DNA from: Candidatus Saccharimonadota bacterium
Lineage (GTDB): Archaea > Micrarchaeota > Micrarchaeia > Micrarchaeales > Micrarchaeaceae
DNA length: 32,000 nucleotides
Direction of reading: 5' to 3'
Assembly (NCBI GenBank): GCA_963705375.1
Contig: OY970071.1
Location: forward strand, 570,001-602,000
The translations under genes were made by a program, and so were the position numbers. How positions within the stretch are numbered: the first letter of the stretch is position 1; the number at the start of each line of letters is the position of its first letter. Below, in pieces: positions 22,828 to 29,749 of this stretch. The notes beneath the pieces are model-generated. The model was given only the letters and a program-made list of their open reading frames with translations, ran no database searches and was not told the DNA's origin.

Positions 22828-23172
22828 TTACCCTCCTTCTTTCTTCGGGGCCTCAGCTTTCTTGCTGCCACCACTAGCGTGCTTGCGCTTCTGGCCAGTC
22901 ACCCTGTCCAAAAGGTAGCGCGGTTCGTAGCGCTCCATGAGTTCCTTAGTCTCATATGAGTGGGCGACAGCAGAGCTATCCTTTGAACCGAAGTGCTGGT
23001 CTATCTTTACAATGATAGTGCTCTCCGGCTTAAGGTTCAATGCCTTGCAAAGCTCGGCGTGCACCTCTACCCTTTTAGAAGTGCTTCCGCTCTGAGTTAT
23101 GCTGAACATTATGTCCCTTCTGCTGAACGTCTTGTTCTCAGTGTTCGATACTATCTTCAATTCCATTTTCAT
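22828..23172 (-). CDS. rps24e: 30S ribosomal protein S24e (eS24)
   Basis: N.TFSRRDIMFSI...GSTSKRVEVHAELCKAL......IVKIDQHFG...S.AVAHSYE......YEPRYLLDR fits the S24e pattern. Its ATG forms an ATGA overlap with the aIF-5A stop. Confidence 0.9.
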   Translation of the reverse strand: MKMELKIVSNTENKTFSRRDIMFSITQSGSTSKRVEVHAELCKALNLKPESTIIVKIDQHFGSKDSSAVAHSYETKELMERYEPRYLLDRVTGQKRKHASGGSKKAEAPKKEGG

Positions 23173-23576
23173 GCACCCCCTAATACTCTTGATATGGCAC
23201 GCTTGCCCATCGCTTCTATTGTCTCGACCTCATTGCCTGCGATGACTTTGCCAGTAAAGTCCTCTGGTATCGGAAGATCATATACCTCATAGGTATCCGA
23301 ATCCATGAGCTGCGCGTTGTTCCCGGTCACAGAAACGACCTGCGCCTTCTTCTTCTTAAGTATCGGCACCTCAACGTCGGCGTCGCTGGGCTTTATTATG
23401 ATCTTCTTGTGGCCATCAAATATTCCCATGCCTGTGATGCGCATCTTTGCAGAACCATGCTTTCCCGGGGCGCTAATCTCTATCTGGACGACCCTGCACG
23501 GCACTCCGTCTATGAGCACATACCTACCTTCTCTGAGTTCCTTCGCACTTAAGTGTTCCACTTCATCTTCTGGCAT
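23169..23576 (-). CDS. eif5a: Translation initiation factor 5A (aIF-5A)
   Basis: LREGRYVLIDGVPCRVVQIEISAPGKHGSAKMRITGMGIFDG contains the hypusine-site GKHG. The ATG at 23576 lies 30 to 45 nt downstream of a minus-strand tttttatatttt segment. Confidence 0.9.
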   Translation of the reverse strand: MPEDEVEHLSAKELREGRYVLIDGVPCRVVQIEISAPGKHGSAKMRITGMGIFDGHKKIIIKPSDADVEVPILKKKKAQVVSVTGNNAQLMDSDTYEVYDLPIPEDFTGKVIAGNEVETIEAMGKRAISRVLGGA

Positions 23577-23691
23577 TGAAATCACATATCGAATAAGCAT
23601 TACTGAGAAAATATAAAAATACGGGCTTTGCACCTGTCAGGCGCGCAGCCCTTCAAAGATTTACTGTTCAGAGAGCCCATGACTCGCTACA

Positions 23692-24705
23692 TCACATGCT
23701 TTCTATGCCTTTGATGAAGCTTGCGTCCATCGATCCCGAGCTCGCTATGTGCTTCGTGTTGAATTTCGGGGTGACGCCTGTGATCACAGACATGACGTTT
23801 ATCTGGTCTCCGAGCTCCGGCATCAGCCTTGCACCGAAGATCACGTTTGCCCTTGGGTCAAGACCCTCTGTAACACCAGCACCGACTCTTGTAGCGTCCT
23901 CTATTGTCAGCGATTCGCTGCCCGAAACGTGCACGAGCGCGCTCTTTGCACCTTCCCTGTCAACTTCCAGCAACGGGTGGGCAAGAGTGGACTTTATCGC
24001 TTTGTCGACCTTGTCCTGACCTGAACCATGCCCGAGGCTTATCGTTGCAGTACCGGCATCGCGCAGAACAGCGCGCACATCCGCGAAGTCCAGATTTATC
24101 AGGCTTGGGATCGTTATCGTGTCTGCAATTCCCTTAACTGCGTTTGCCGCAACGTTGTCAACGAGCTCGAACGCCTTCTCGACCTGCAGGTTTGGCGCAT
24201 AGCTGAGCAGCTTGTCGTTCTCTATCACGATTGTCGTGTCCGCATTCTTGCACAGTTGCTCAAGGCTCCAGTCTGCCTTTGCTTTCCTGCTGCGCTCCAA
24301 CGAGAAAGGATATGTAACGAACGCAACTACCAGAGAGCCCTGTTCCCTTGCAAGCCTGGCCACTATCGGTGCAGAGCCACCTCCGGTTCCACCTCCAAGA
24401 CCAGCAGCTAGGAATATCATATCATAGCCCTCTATCAGGCTCATTATCTCCCTGCTGCTTGCCTCTGCGGCCTTTGCTCCAAGCTCAGGATAGCCGCCGA
24501 CACCAAGACCCTGCGTCAGCTCCTTGCCTATGAGTATGCGTTTGTGAGCACGTATCATGTTAAGGTGGTTCGCGTCGGTATTCATTGCGATCGTTGTGGC
24601 GCTCTTTATTCCGCGAGTGTAGAGCCGGTTCACAAGATTGCTACCCATACCTCCGAGGCCCACGACAGCGAGCTTTGCGATAAACTCATTTTCTTCCATG
24701 TTCAT
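23692..24705 (-). CDS. ftsZ: Cell division GTPase FtsZ, downstream paralog
   Basis: VVGLGGMGSN, NTDANHL, GLGVGGYPELG, the tubulin signature GLGGGTGGGSAP, and the T7 loop NLDFADV. The ATG at 24705 is preceded by AGGTGGA (24711-24717). The track's upstream extension to 24864 overlaps the other ftsZ gene. Confidence 0.9.
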   Translation of the reverse strand: MNMEENEFIAKLAVVGLGGMGSNLVNRLYTRGIKSATTIAMNTDANHLNMIRAHKRILIGKELTQGLGVGGYPELGAKAAEASSREIMSLIEGYDMIFLAAGLGGGTGGGSAPIVARLAREQGSLVVAFVTYPFSLERSRKAKADWSLEQLCKNADTTIVIENDKLLSYAPNLQVEKAFELVDNVAANAVKGIADTITIPSLINLDFADVRAVLRDAGTATISLGHGSGQDKVDKAIKSTLAHPLLEVDREGAKSALVHVSGSESLTIEDATRVGAGVTEGLDPRANVIFGARLMPELGDQINVMSVITGVTPKFNTKHIASSGSMDASFIKGIESM

Positions 24706-24719
24706 AGATATCCACCTAT

Positions 24720-25805
24720 TTAACCAACAAGCTCCAGATCGGAGTAAGGCTGCTTGCGCGCCTTCTCTTCCAACCTTCCAGTCAGGCTTGAGCCCTTTGC
24801 GCCAGCGACGATGGCCACTATCTCTATCTGGTCGTCGTAGCCCGGTATGAGCCTTGCGCCCCACTTGATGTTGGCCTTCGGATCCATGCGCTCAGATATT
24901 ATTTCCCCGGCCTTTATCGCGTCTCCTATAGTCATGGAAGCGCCGCCTGATATGTGTATCAGTGCACCTGAGGCACCCTCAAAGTCGACATCAAGCAGCC
25001 TGTTCTTCAGGACAGAGTCGGATGCACTGTTAACTTTGTCAGTGCCACGTCCGCTGCCTACTGCTATGAAACCAACGTCGCCATGTCCCAGTATGCTCCT
25101 GACATCAGCAAAGTCTATGTTGATAAGGCTCGGCTGTGTTATCGTCCATACAAGTCCGCCTATCGCCTTTGAAACTACATCGTCAGCGAGTGCGAACGCT
25201 TCGTTCATGGGCAAGTTCGGAACAAGCTTGACCAGCCTGTTGTTGTCCAGTATGACCACGGTGTCGCAGAACTTCCTAAGTGCCTGTATGCCCTCTTCCG
25301 CCTTGACCTTCCTTACGCGCTCAAGGTCGAACGGGTATGTGACCATGGATATGACTATTGCGCCCTGCTCCTTGGCAATTTGGGCAGCAACCGGCATTGC
25401 GCCGCCTCCTGTTCCGCCACCCATACCTGCGCAAAGGAATACCAACTGTGCGCCGTTGAATGCCTGCTCAAGCAAAGGCCTGTCGACTTCGGCAGCTTTT
25501 GCACCTATCATCGGGTCGCCGCCTGCGCCAAGCCCTTTTGTCAGGCTCTTTCCGATTAGTATTTTCTTGATTCTCTCGTCGATTATCTTGAAGTGCTGTG
25601 CATCCGTGTTAACGGCCACGAATTCAGTGCCCTTCACACCGACCTTTATCAGCCGGTTGACGATGTTGCAGCCCGCGCCTCCCATGCCGACCGTAACAAT
25701 CTTTATCTGTGTAGAACCGAACGCCTGCTCGGTCTCCTTTGACTGGTCCAGAACATCGCTCACGAAGTCTCCCATCTGATCGCCTGTGCCGTATTCGTCT
25801 GACAA
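24720..25805 (-). CDS. ftsZ: Cell division GTPase FtsZ, upstream paralog
   Basis: VGMGGAGCN, NTDAQH, GLGAGGDPMIG, GMGGGTGGGAMP, and the T7 loop NIDFADV. The 25805 start is a TTG and the first ATG is at 25775. A TATA-like tattataaaaatt (minus strand) lies at about 25824-25836. Confidence 0.9.
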   Translation of the reverse strand: MSDEYGTGDQMGDFVSDVLDQSKETEQAFGSTQIKIVTVGMGGAGCNIVNRLIKVGVKGTEFVAVNTDAQHFKIIDERIKKILIGKSLTKGLGAGGDPMIGAKAAEVDRPLLEQAFNGAQLVFLCAGMGGGTGGGAMPVAAQIAKEQGAIVISMVTYPFDLERVRKVKAEEGIQALRKFCDTVVILDNNRLVKLVPNLPMNEAFALADDVVSKAIGGLVWTITQPSLINIDFADVRSILGHGDVGFIAVGSGRGTDKVNSASDSVLKNRLLDVDFEGASGALIHISGGASMTIGDAIKAGEIISERMDPKANIKWGARLIPGYDDQIEIVAIVAGAKGSSLTGRLEEKARKQPYSDLELVG

Positions 25806-25990
25806 GCCTTAAAAGCTTTTTGTTAATTTTTATAATAGAGGCATTCCCGAGAATACAAAAGTAGAAATGTTTCTTCAAATATGAATGCGTGTAGTCAGGT
25901 AAATTTGATTTCGTGCTGTAAATAAAAGATACTTGTAGAACAGCACAGCACCATATAGCATAGTCCAGCAGGAATTACGGCACTACACGC

Positions 25991-26635
25991 TCATTTTGGC
26001 GAAGGGCTCGCAAGCGTGTAGTTTGCGAGCATGCTGCCCGAAGAGCCCATGACGACATACTCAGAATAGTTCGCATCATTGGCGGTGTAGTTGATCAGCC
26101 AGACGCTGGTGAAGTTTTTGCCTGTCGGAGTTGCACCACTGCCAAGTGCAGAGAAGAACTTTGCCGCGACGCGCGTGTTATTGTAACCGAAGGCGTCAAC
26201 GTAAGACCTCACCCGCACTGGCGACTGGTTGTAGCTCATCGCGATTGCTATGTAAGGAGAGCTTATCACGTACGAAGGAGCTGTTGAAACGCCATATATC
26301 ACACAATGCGATGTGTAAAGGTTGTCTACGCTAGGAACAAGATTTGTGGCCGGATAATCAAAGGCTTCTATAAAAAGTGTTGGGCAGGGCCTGCTTGCAT
26401 TGTACACGACGCTCAGAACGATATCCCAGCTTCCGGACTTCAGTGTTGAAGATGAAACGTTGATGACCGTTATGTTTGCGCTTGGGTTGTTATCCCGCAT
26501 GTCGCGAAGCACATATTGCACGGCCTGCTGCGAAGTCAATGGGCCGGACATCACATGTTTGGAAAGGAGGAACACAGCAGCTGCCAGCACTATGACGATG
26601 CCCGCCACTATCGCCACCCTTCCGAGAAGTTCCAT
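25991..26635 (-). CDS. N-terminally anchored, sequon-rich extracellular hypothetical protein
   Basis: TM anchor RVAIVAGIVIVLAAAVFLL followed by an extracytoplasmic body with several N-x-S/T sequons (NIT, NVS, NAS, NQS, NNT, NFT, NYT...). Confidence 0.6.
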   Translation of the reverse strand: MELLGRVAIVAGIVIVLAAAVFLLSKHVMSGPLTSQQAVQYVLRDMRDNNPSANITVINVSSSTLKSGSWDIVLSVVYNASRPCPTLFIEAFDYPATNLVPSVDNLYTSHCVIYGVSTAPSYVISSPYIAIAMSYNQSPVRVRSYVDAFGYNNTRVAAKFFSALGSGATPTGKNFTSVWLINYTANDANYSEYVVMGSSGSMLANYTLASPSPK

Positions 26636-26726
26636 GTTGCCCTTTTCACTGGAAAATTATAATAATGGATACTTTCAGGCGTCCTGCACACTATAAATAG
26701 GTTTGCGCACAATTAGATGGGAGCAC

Positions 26727-27140
26727 ATGGCAGATGATGAATACTACGCATTGCTGGACAGGGCTCTATCTAAGCTTCCGGGCCTTACCAAGGAGCACTC
26801 GGATTTCGTAATTCCCAAGGCGGACCTGTTGGTGCAGGGCGCCAAGACCATGATCAGGAACCTTTCGGGCATAGCAGACATTGCCAGGAGAAAGCCCGAA
26901 GACATTTCGCGCTACATGAGCAAAGAGTTTTCAGTGCCTGTTAGCATCGAGGAGCAGAGGTTGATAATGAGCAGTAAGTTCTCCGGAGATGACGTCGACA
27001 AGCGCATCAAGAAGTACTTCGAGGTGTATGTCATATGCAAGGAGTGCCACAAGCCAGACACGCACCTTGAAGCTGCAGAGCGCGGAATGTATCTTGTGTG
27101 CGACGCATGCGGAGCAAGATATTGGGTCAAGAACTATTAA
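26727..27140 (+). CDS. eif2b: Translation initiation factor 2 subunit beta (aIF-2beta)
   Basis: YYALLDRALSKLP, TMIRNLSGIADIARRKPEDISRYMSKEF and the C-terminal zinc ribbon CKECHKPDT...CDACGA. The ATG at 26727 lies downstream of a ctataaatag box. Confidence 0.9.
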   Translation: MADDEYYALLDRALSKLPGLTKEHSDFVIPKADLLVQGAKTMIRNLSGIADIARRKPEDISRYMSKEFSVPVSIEEQRLIMSSKFSGDDVDKRIKKYFEVYVICKECHKPDTHLEAAERGMYLVCDACGARYWVKNY

Positions 27141-27172
27141 CTATTAAAAACAAAAACGCTAGAAGTGTTAAA

Positions 27173-27526
27173 ATGGCAGGATTTGGAAGAAGAAGTTTCA
27201 GAGGCGGAGCGCACAAGAACAGGAGGGGAAGAGCACGTGGAGAGGAGGTGGTCCAGGCACTCAAGATGCCTGCACAGGATGAGCGCATAGGCAAGGTTGT
27301 GAAAGTTGCAGGAACCACAAAGTTCCTTGTAAGGTGCAACGATGACAAGGAGAGGTTATGCACGATACCTGGAAGGCTCAGAAGACACTTCTGGATTAAG
27401 GAGAATGACATTGTTATAGTCAAGCCGTGGATAGTGCAGAGCGACGTGCGCGGCGACATAGTGTGGAGGTACAGTGTGCTCGACATGAACAGGCTGAAGG
27501 ATAGCGGCGCGCTGCAGAACCTATGA
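27173..27526 (+). CDS. eif1a: Translation initiation factor 1A (aIF-1A)
   Basis: The OB-fold core RIGKVVKVAGTTKFLVRCNDDKERLCTIPGRLRRHFWIKENDIVIVKPW..QSDVRGDIVWRY. Confidence 0.9.
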   Translation: MAGFGRRSFRGGAHKNRRGRARGEEVVQALKMPAQDERIGKVVKVAGTTKFLVRCNDDKERLCTIPGRLRRHFWIKENDIVIVKPWIVQSDVRGDIVWRYSVLDMNRLKDSGALQNL

Positions 27527-27623
27527 CTATGACAGCAAGAAGCCAAGTAGCATGATGTGGGGACAGCAATATTAAATAAAAGAAAAAGCACAGTAACATA
27601 CATAGCAACAGCCAGGGGGTAAG

Positions 27624-28838
27624 ATGCCACTTAACGAGTTTCTCATCGAGTCAAAGGTATTCGCAGACAGAGCCGTGCTCTCGATGCACTACATCCCGAA
27701 GAAGTTGGTTTTCAGGGAAAAGGAGATCAGCAACATAGAGAAGGCGCTCGCACCCGCTCTAAAGGGGGAGCGCGGCAGGAACCTTTTCATATACGGCAGG
27801 ACCGGCACAGGCAAGACATCCTGCACGCACTACGTCATAGACGAAGTGAAGAATCTCCCGAACACCAAGACCAAGATATCTTATGCTAACTGCAGGATAT
27901 ACAACTCAAGGTACAGAGTCTTGAACAAGATCGTCAGCGATCATCTTCCGACATACGCCAAGCGCGGCTACAGTGCTGTCGACCTGTATGAGAAGATAAC
28001 AAGCTGGATCGAAGAAGATAGCAAGACGCTCGTTGCCGTGCTGGACGAGATAGACATGGTAAGAGACCTGGACGACCTCGTGTACACGCTTACAAGGATA
28101 AACGCGGACATAAAGGCAGGAGGCGTCACGATAGTAGGCATATCAAACAAAGTCTCGTTCAAGGACGAACTGGATCCGAGGAGCCTGTCGACTTTGTACG
28201 AAACGGAGCTCGTCTTCCCATCATACTACGCGACAGAGCTTTATGCGATACTCAAGGAGAGGGTGGCCCAGGCGTTCAAGGATGGCGCAGTGAGCGATGA
28301 TGTTCTCCACTATATAGCATCAATGGCCTACAAGGAAGGCGGCGATGCGAGGCTGTCGTTGAAGATCCTCTCGGAGGCAGGAGAGCTTGCTGACGAGCAT
28401 GGAGCAGAGCATGTCACGATGAAAGAAGCGGAAGAAGCCGCAAAAGTTGCAGAAAGGGAGGTGGTCTACGACCTCATAGTCACTCTGCCTGAACACTACA
28501 AGCTTGTGCTGTACGCACTAACCAAACTCACGCTTAGCGGCGGATCCTACAAGAAGCTCACGGACGGCACAGACACGTACCTCTTTAGCGGGGAAGTGTA
28601 CAACAGGTACAGGAGCATAGCCGAAAGCCTGCACAAAGAGCCGAAGAGCGAGCGCTGGTACAGGAAATACCTGTCTGAGCTCAGCATGCAGGGACTCATA
28701 CTCTCGTTCGAGTCAGGAAAGGGCATACGCGGCCACACGAAGCTCATAAAGCTAGTGTCCCCTGTGCAGAAAACGCAGGAGGTTCTTGAGAAGGACCTTT
28801 TCGGCGCAGAGCAGAAAGCTCAGGAGAAGCAAAGCTAG
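27624..28838 (+). CDS. cdc6: Orc1/Cdc6 replication initiator
   Basis: YIPKKLVFREKEI, Walker A NLFIYGRTGTGKTS, Walker B LVAVLDEID and sensor TIVGISN, plus a C-terminal winged helix (GKGIRGHTKLIKL). Confidence 0.92.
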   Translation: MPLNEFLIESKVFADRAVLSMHYIPKKLVFREKEISNIEKALAPALKGERGRNLFIYGRTGTGKTSCTHYVIDEVKNLPNTKTKISYANCRIYNSRYRVLNKIVSDHLPTYAKRGYSAVDLYEKITSWIEEDSKTLVAVLDEIDMVRDLDDLVYTLTRINADIKAGGVTIVGISNKVSFKDELDPRSLSTLYETELVFPSYYATELYAILKERVAQAFKDGAVSDDVLHYIASMAYKEGGDARLSLKILSEAGELADEHGAEHVTMKEAEEAAKVAEREVVYDLIVTLPEHYKLVLYALTKLTLSGGSYKKLTDGTDTYLFSGEVYNRYRSIAESLHKEPKSERWYRKYLSELSMQGLILSFESGKGIRGHTKLIKLVSPVQKTQEVLEKDLFGAEQKAQEKQS

Positions 28839-28846
28839 GTGTTGCG

Positions 28847-29374
28847 TTGGCTTATTATGACATAGCCCTGCAGAGCTGCAGTCTGAACGCGGAACTCGAG
28901 TCCACTCTGGGATTCGAGCAGATATTCGTCGCAGGGAAAGACGTTGCGCTGATCGGCGCAGGCAAGAAAGGCAATTTCTCCGGCGCGATAGTTGCAGGAA
29001 CTAACAGCAATGTTCTCTTGGAAGCTTCACGCAGCGGTGCGCGAGCGCTGGTAATCGAAGACATGCACATAGATAGAAGCCTTATGGACACGATGGCAAA
29101 GAAGGGCACCGTCCTGTGCCTGTCCATAAGCAGGATAATATCGAAAGATGGCATGGAACGGTCTAAGGAGATATTCTTGATGCGAGGTTTGTTCAACTAT
29201 GCCAGAAGTAAAGGCATCCACGTGGCTTTCGTTAGCCTGGCAGCATCACATATTGGGATATGCTCTTGCATGCAGTTGATCGAGTTCGCGAAGATGATAG
29301 GCGCAGACGAACAGTATGCGCGGTACAGCATAAGCACCGTCAACAAGGCGATAGTAAATGGGAATGAAGATTAA
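28847..29374 (+). CDS. rnp3: RNase P protein component 3 (Rpp30-like), short form
   Basis: YDIAL at the N-terminus, then ...MAKKGTVLCLSISRII....R...I.......NYARSKGIHVAFVSLAAS and a helical end, collinear with the archaeal Rpp30 TIM-barrel. It is paired with pop5 downstream. TTG start, 8 nt after the cdc6 stop. Confidence 0.65.
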   Translation: MAYYDIALQSCSLNAELESTLGFEQIFVAGKDVALIGAGKKGNFSGAIVAGTNSNVLLEASRSGARALVIEDMHIDRSLMDTMAKKGTVLCLSISRIISKDGMERSKEIFLMRGLFNYARSKGIHVAFVSLAASHIGICSCMQLIEFAKMIGADEQYARYSISTVNKAIVNGNED

Positions 29375-29666
29375 GCGTAGATACCTGTTGGTGGAGTGCA
29401 CCACTGCTACGGACAGCAAGAGTAGACAACTTTTCGAACGTGCTCTTTACAATGCGCTTCTCGGGCAGATAGGCGCCCTGCACTACCACACCATCAATCC
29501 TAAGATAATGGGATTTGTGAATGACAGAAGGTTTGTCATTCGTGCAAGCCTTGAAGGGCACAAGGAACTGGCGCTGGCGCTCGCGATGATAAAGAGCTTG
29601 AACAGTACAGAAATCGCATTCTACACATTGAAGAGTTCAGGCACACTAAAAGCGCTGTTGAAATAG
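29358..29666 (+). CDS. rnp2: RNase P protein component 2 (Pop5-like)
   Basis: KRRYLLVEC near the N-terminus, LLGQIGAL, FVIRASLEGHKELALALAMIKSL and LKSSGTLKAL fit the Pop5/Rnp2 pattern. It overlaps the rpp30 3' end by 17 nt. Confidence 0.75.
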   Translation: MGMKIKRRYLLVECTTATDSKSRQLFERALYNALLGQIGALHYHTINPKIMGFVNDRRFVIRASLEGHKELALALAMIKSLNSTEIAFYTLKSSGTLKALLK

Positions 29667-29749
29667 GAATAGTGCGGCGTCGTTGATCAGCAGGGAATGA
29701 GTTACGGTAATCTGGTACTATTGACCATCAAGCAGAACGCTCATTTCTT

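Noticed and set aside
24706-24864. N-terminal extension of the downstream ftsZ ORF (MGRKAHTGLRRPDRDSGHRRW...)
   Set aside because: The extension overlaps the 3' end of the upstream ftsZ, is Arg/Gly-rich junk, and lies upstream of a strong AGGTGGA SD that serves the ATG at 24705.
24847-25779. 310-aa + strand ORF antisense to ftsZ
   Set aside because: It has an S/P/T/A-rich low-complexity translation typical of the antisense frame of a Gly/Ala-rich gene, and the minus strand carries an intact FtsZ. The same reasoning applies to the + ORFs 23696..24019 and 24028..24411 over the other ftsZ.
25806-25990. Longest intergenic region, examined for an ncRNA or an origin; it contains a 7-bp stem (GTGCTGT at 25913-25919 paired with ACAGCAC at 25940-25946)
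   Set aside because: The region is fully explained by the terminator zone of the 25991..26635 gene plus the TATA-containing ftsZ promoter. There is no tRNA-like cloverleaf, no C/D or H/ACA motifs and no repeated boxes.
27527-27623. Replication origin / ORB boxes upstream of orc1/cdc6, and a C-box-like ATGATGT at 27552-27558
   Set aside because: The spacer is only 97 bp. It has no inverted or repeated ORB-like elements beyond one 8-nt direct repeat and no extended AT-rich unwinding region. No matching D box (CTGA) or C'/D' arrangement exists for a C/D sRNA.
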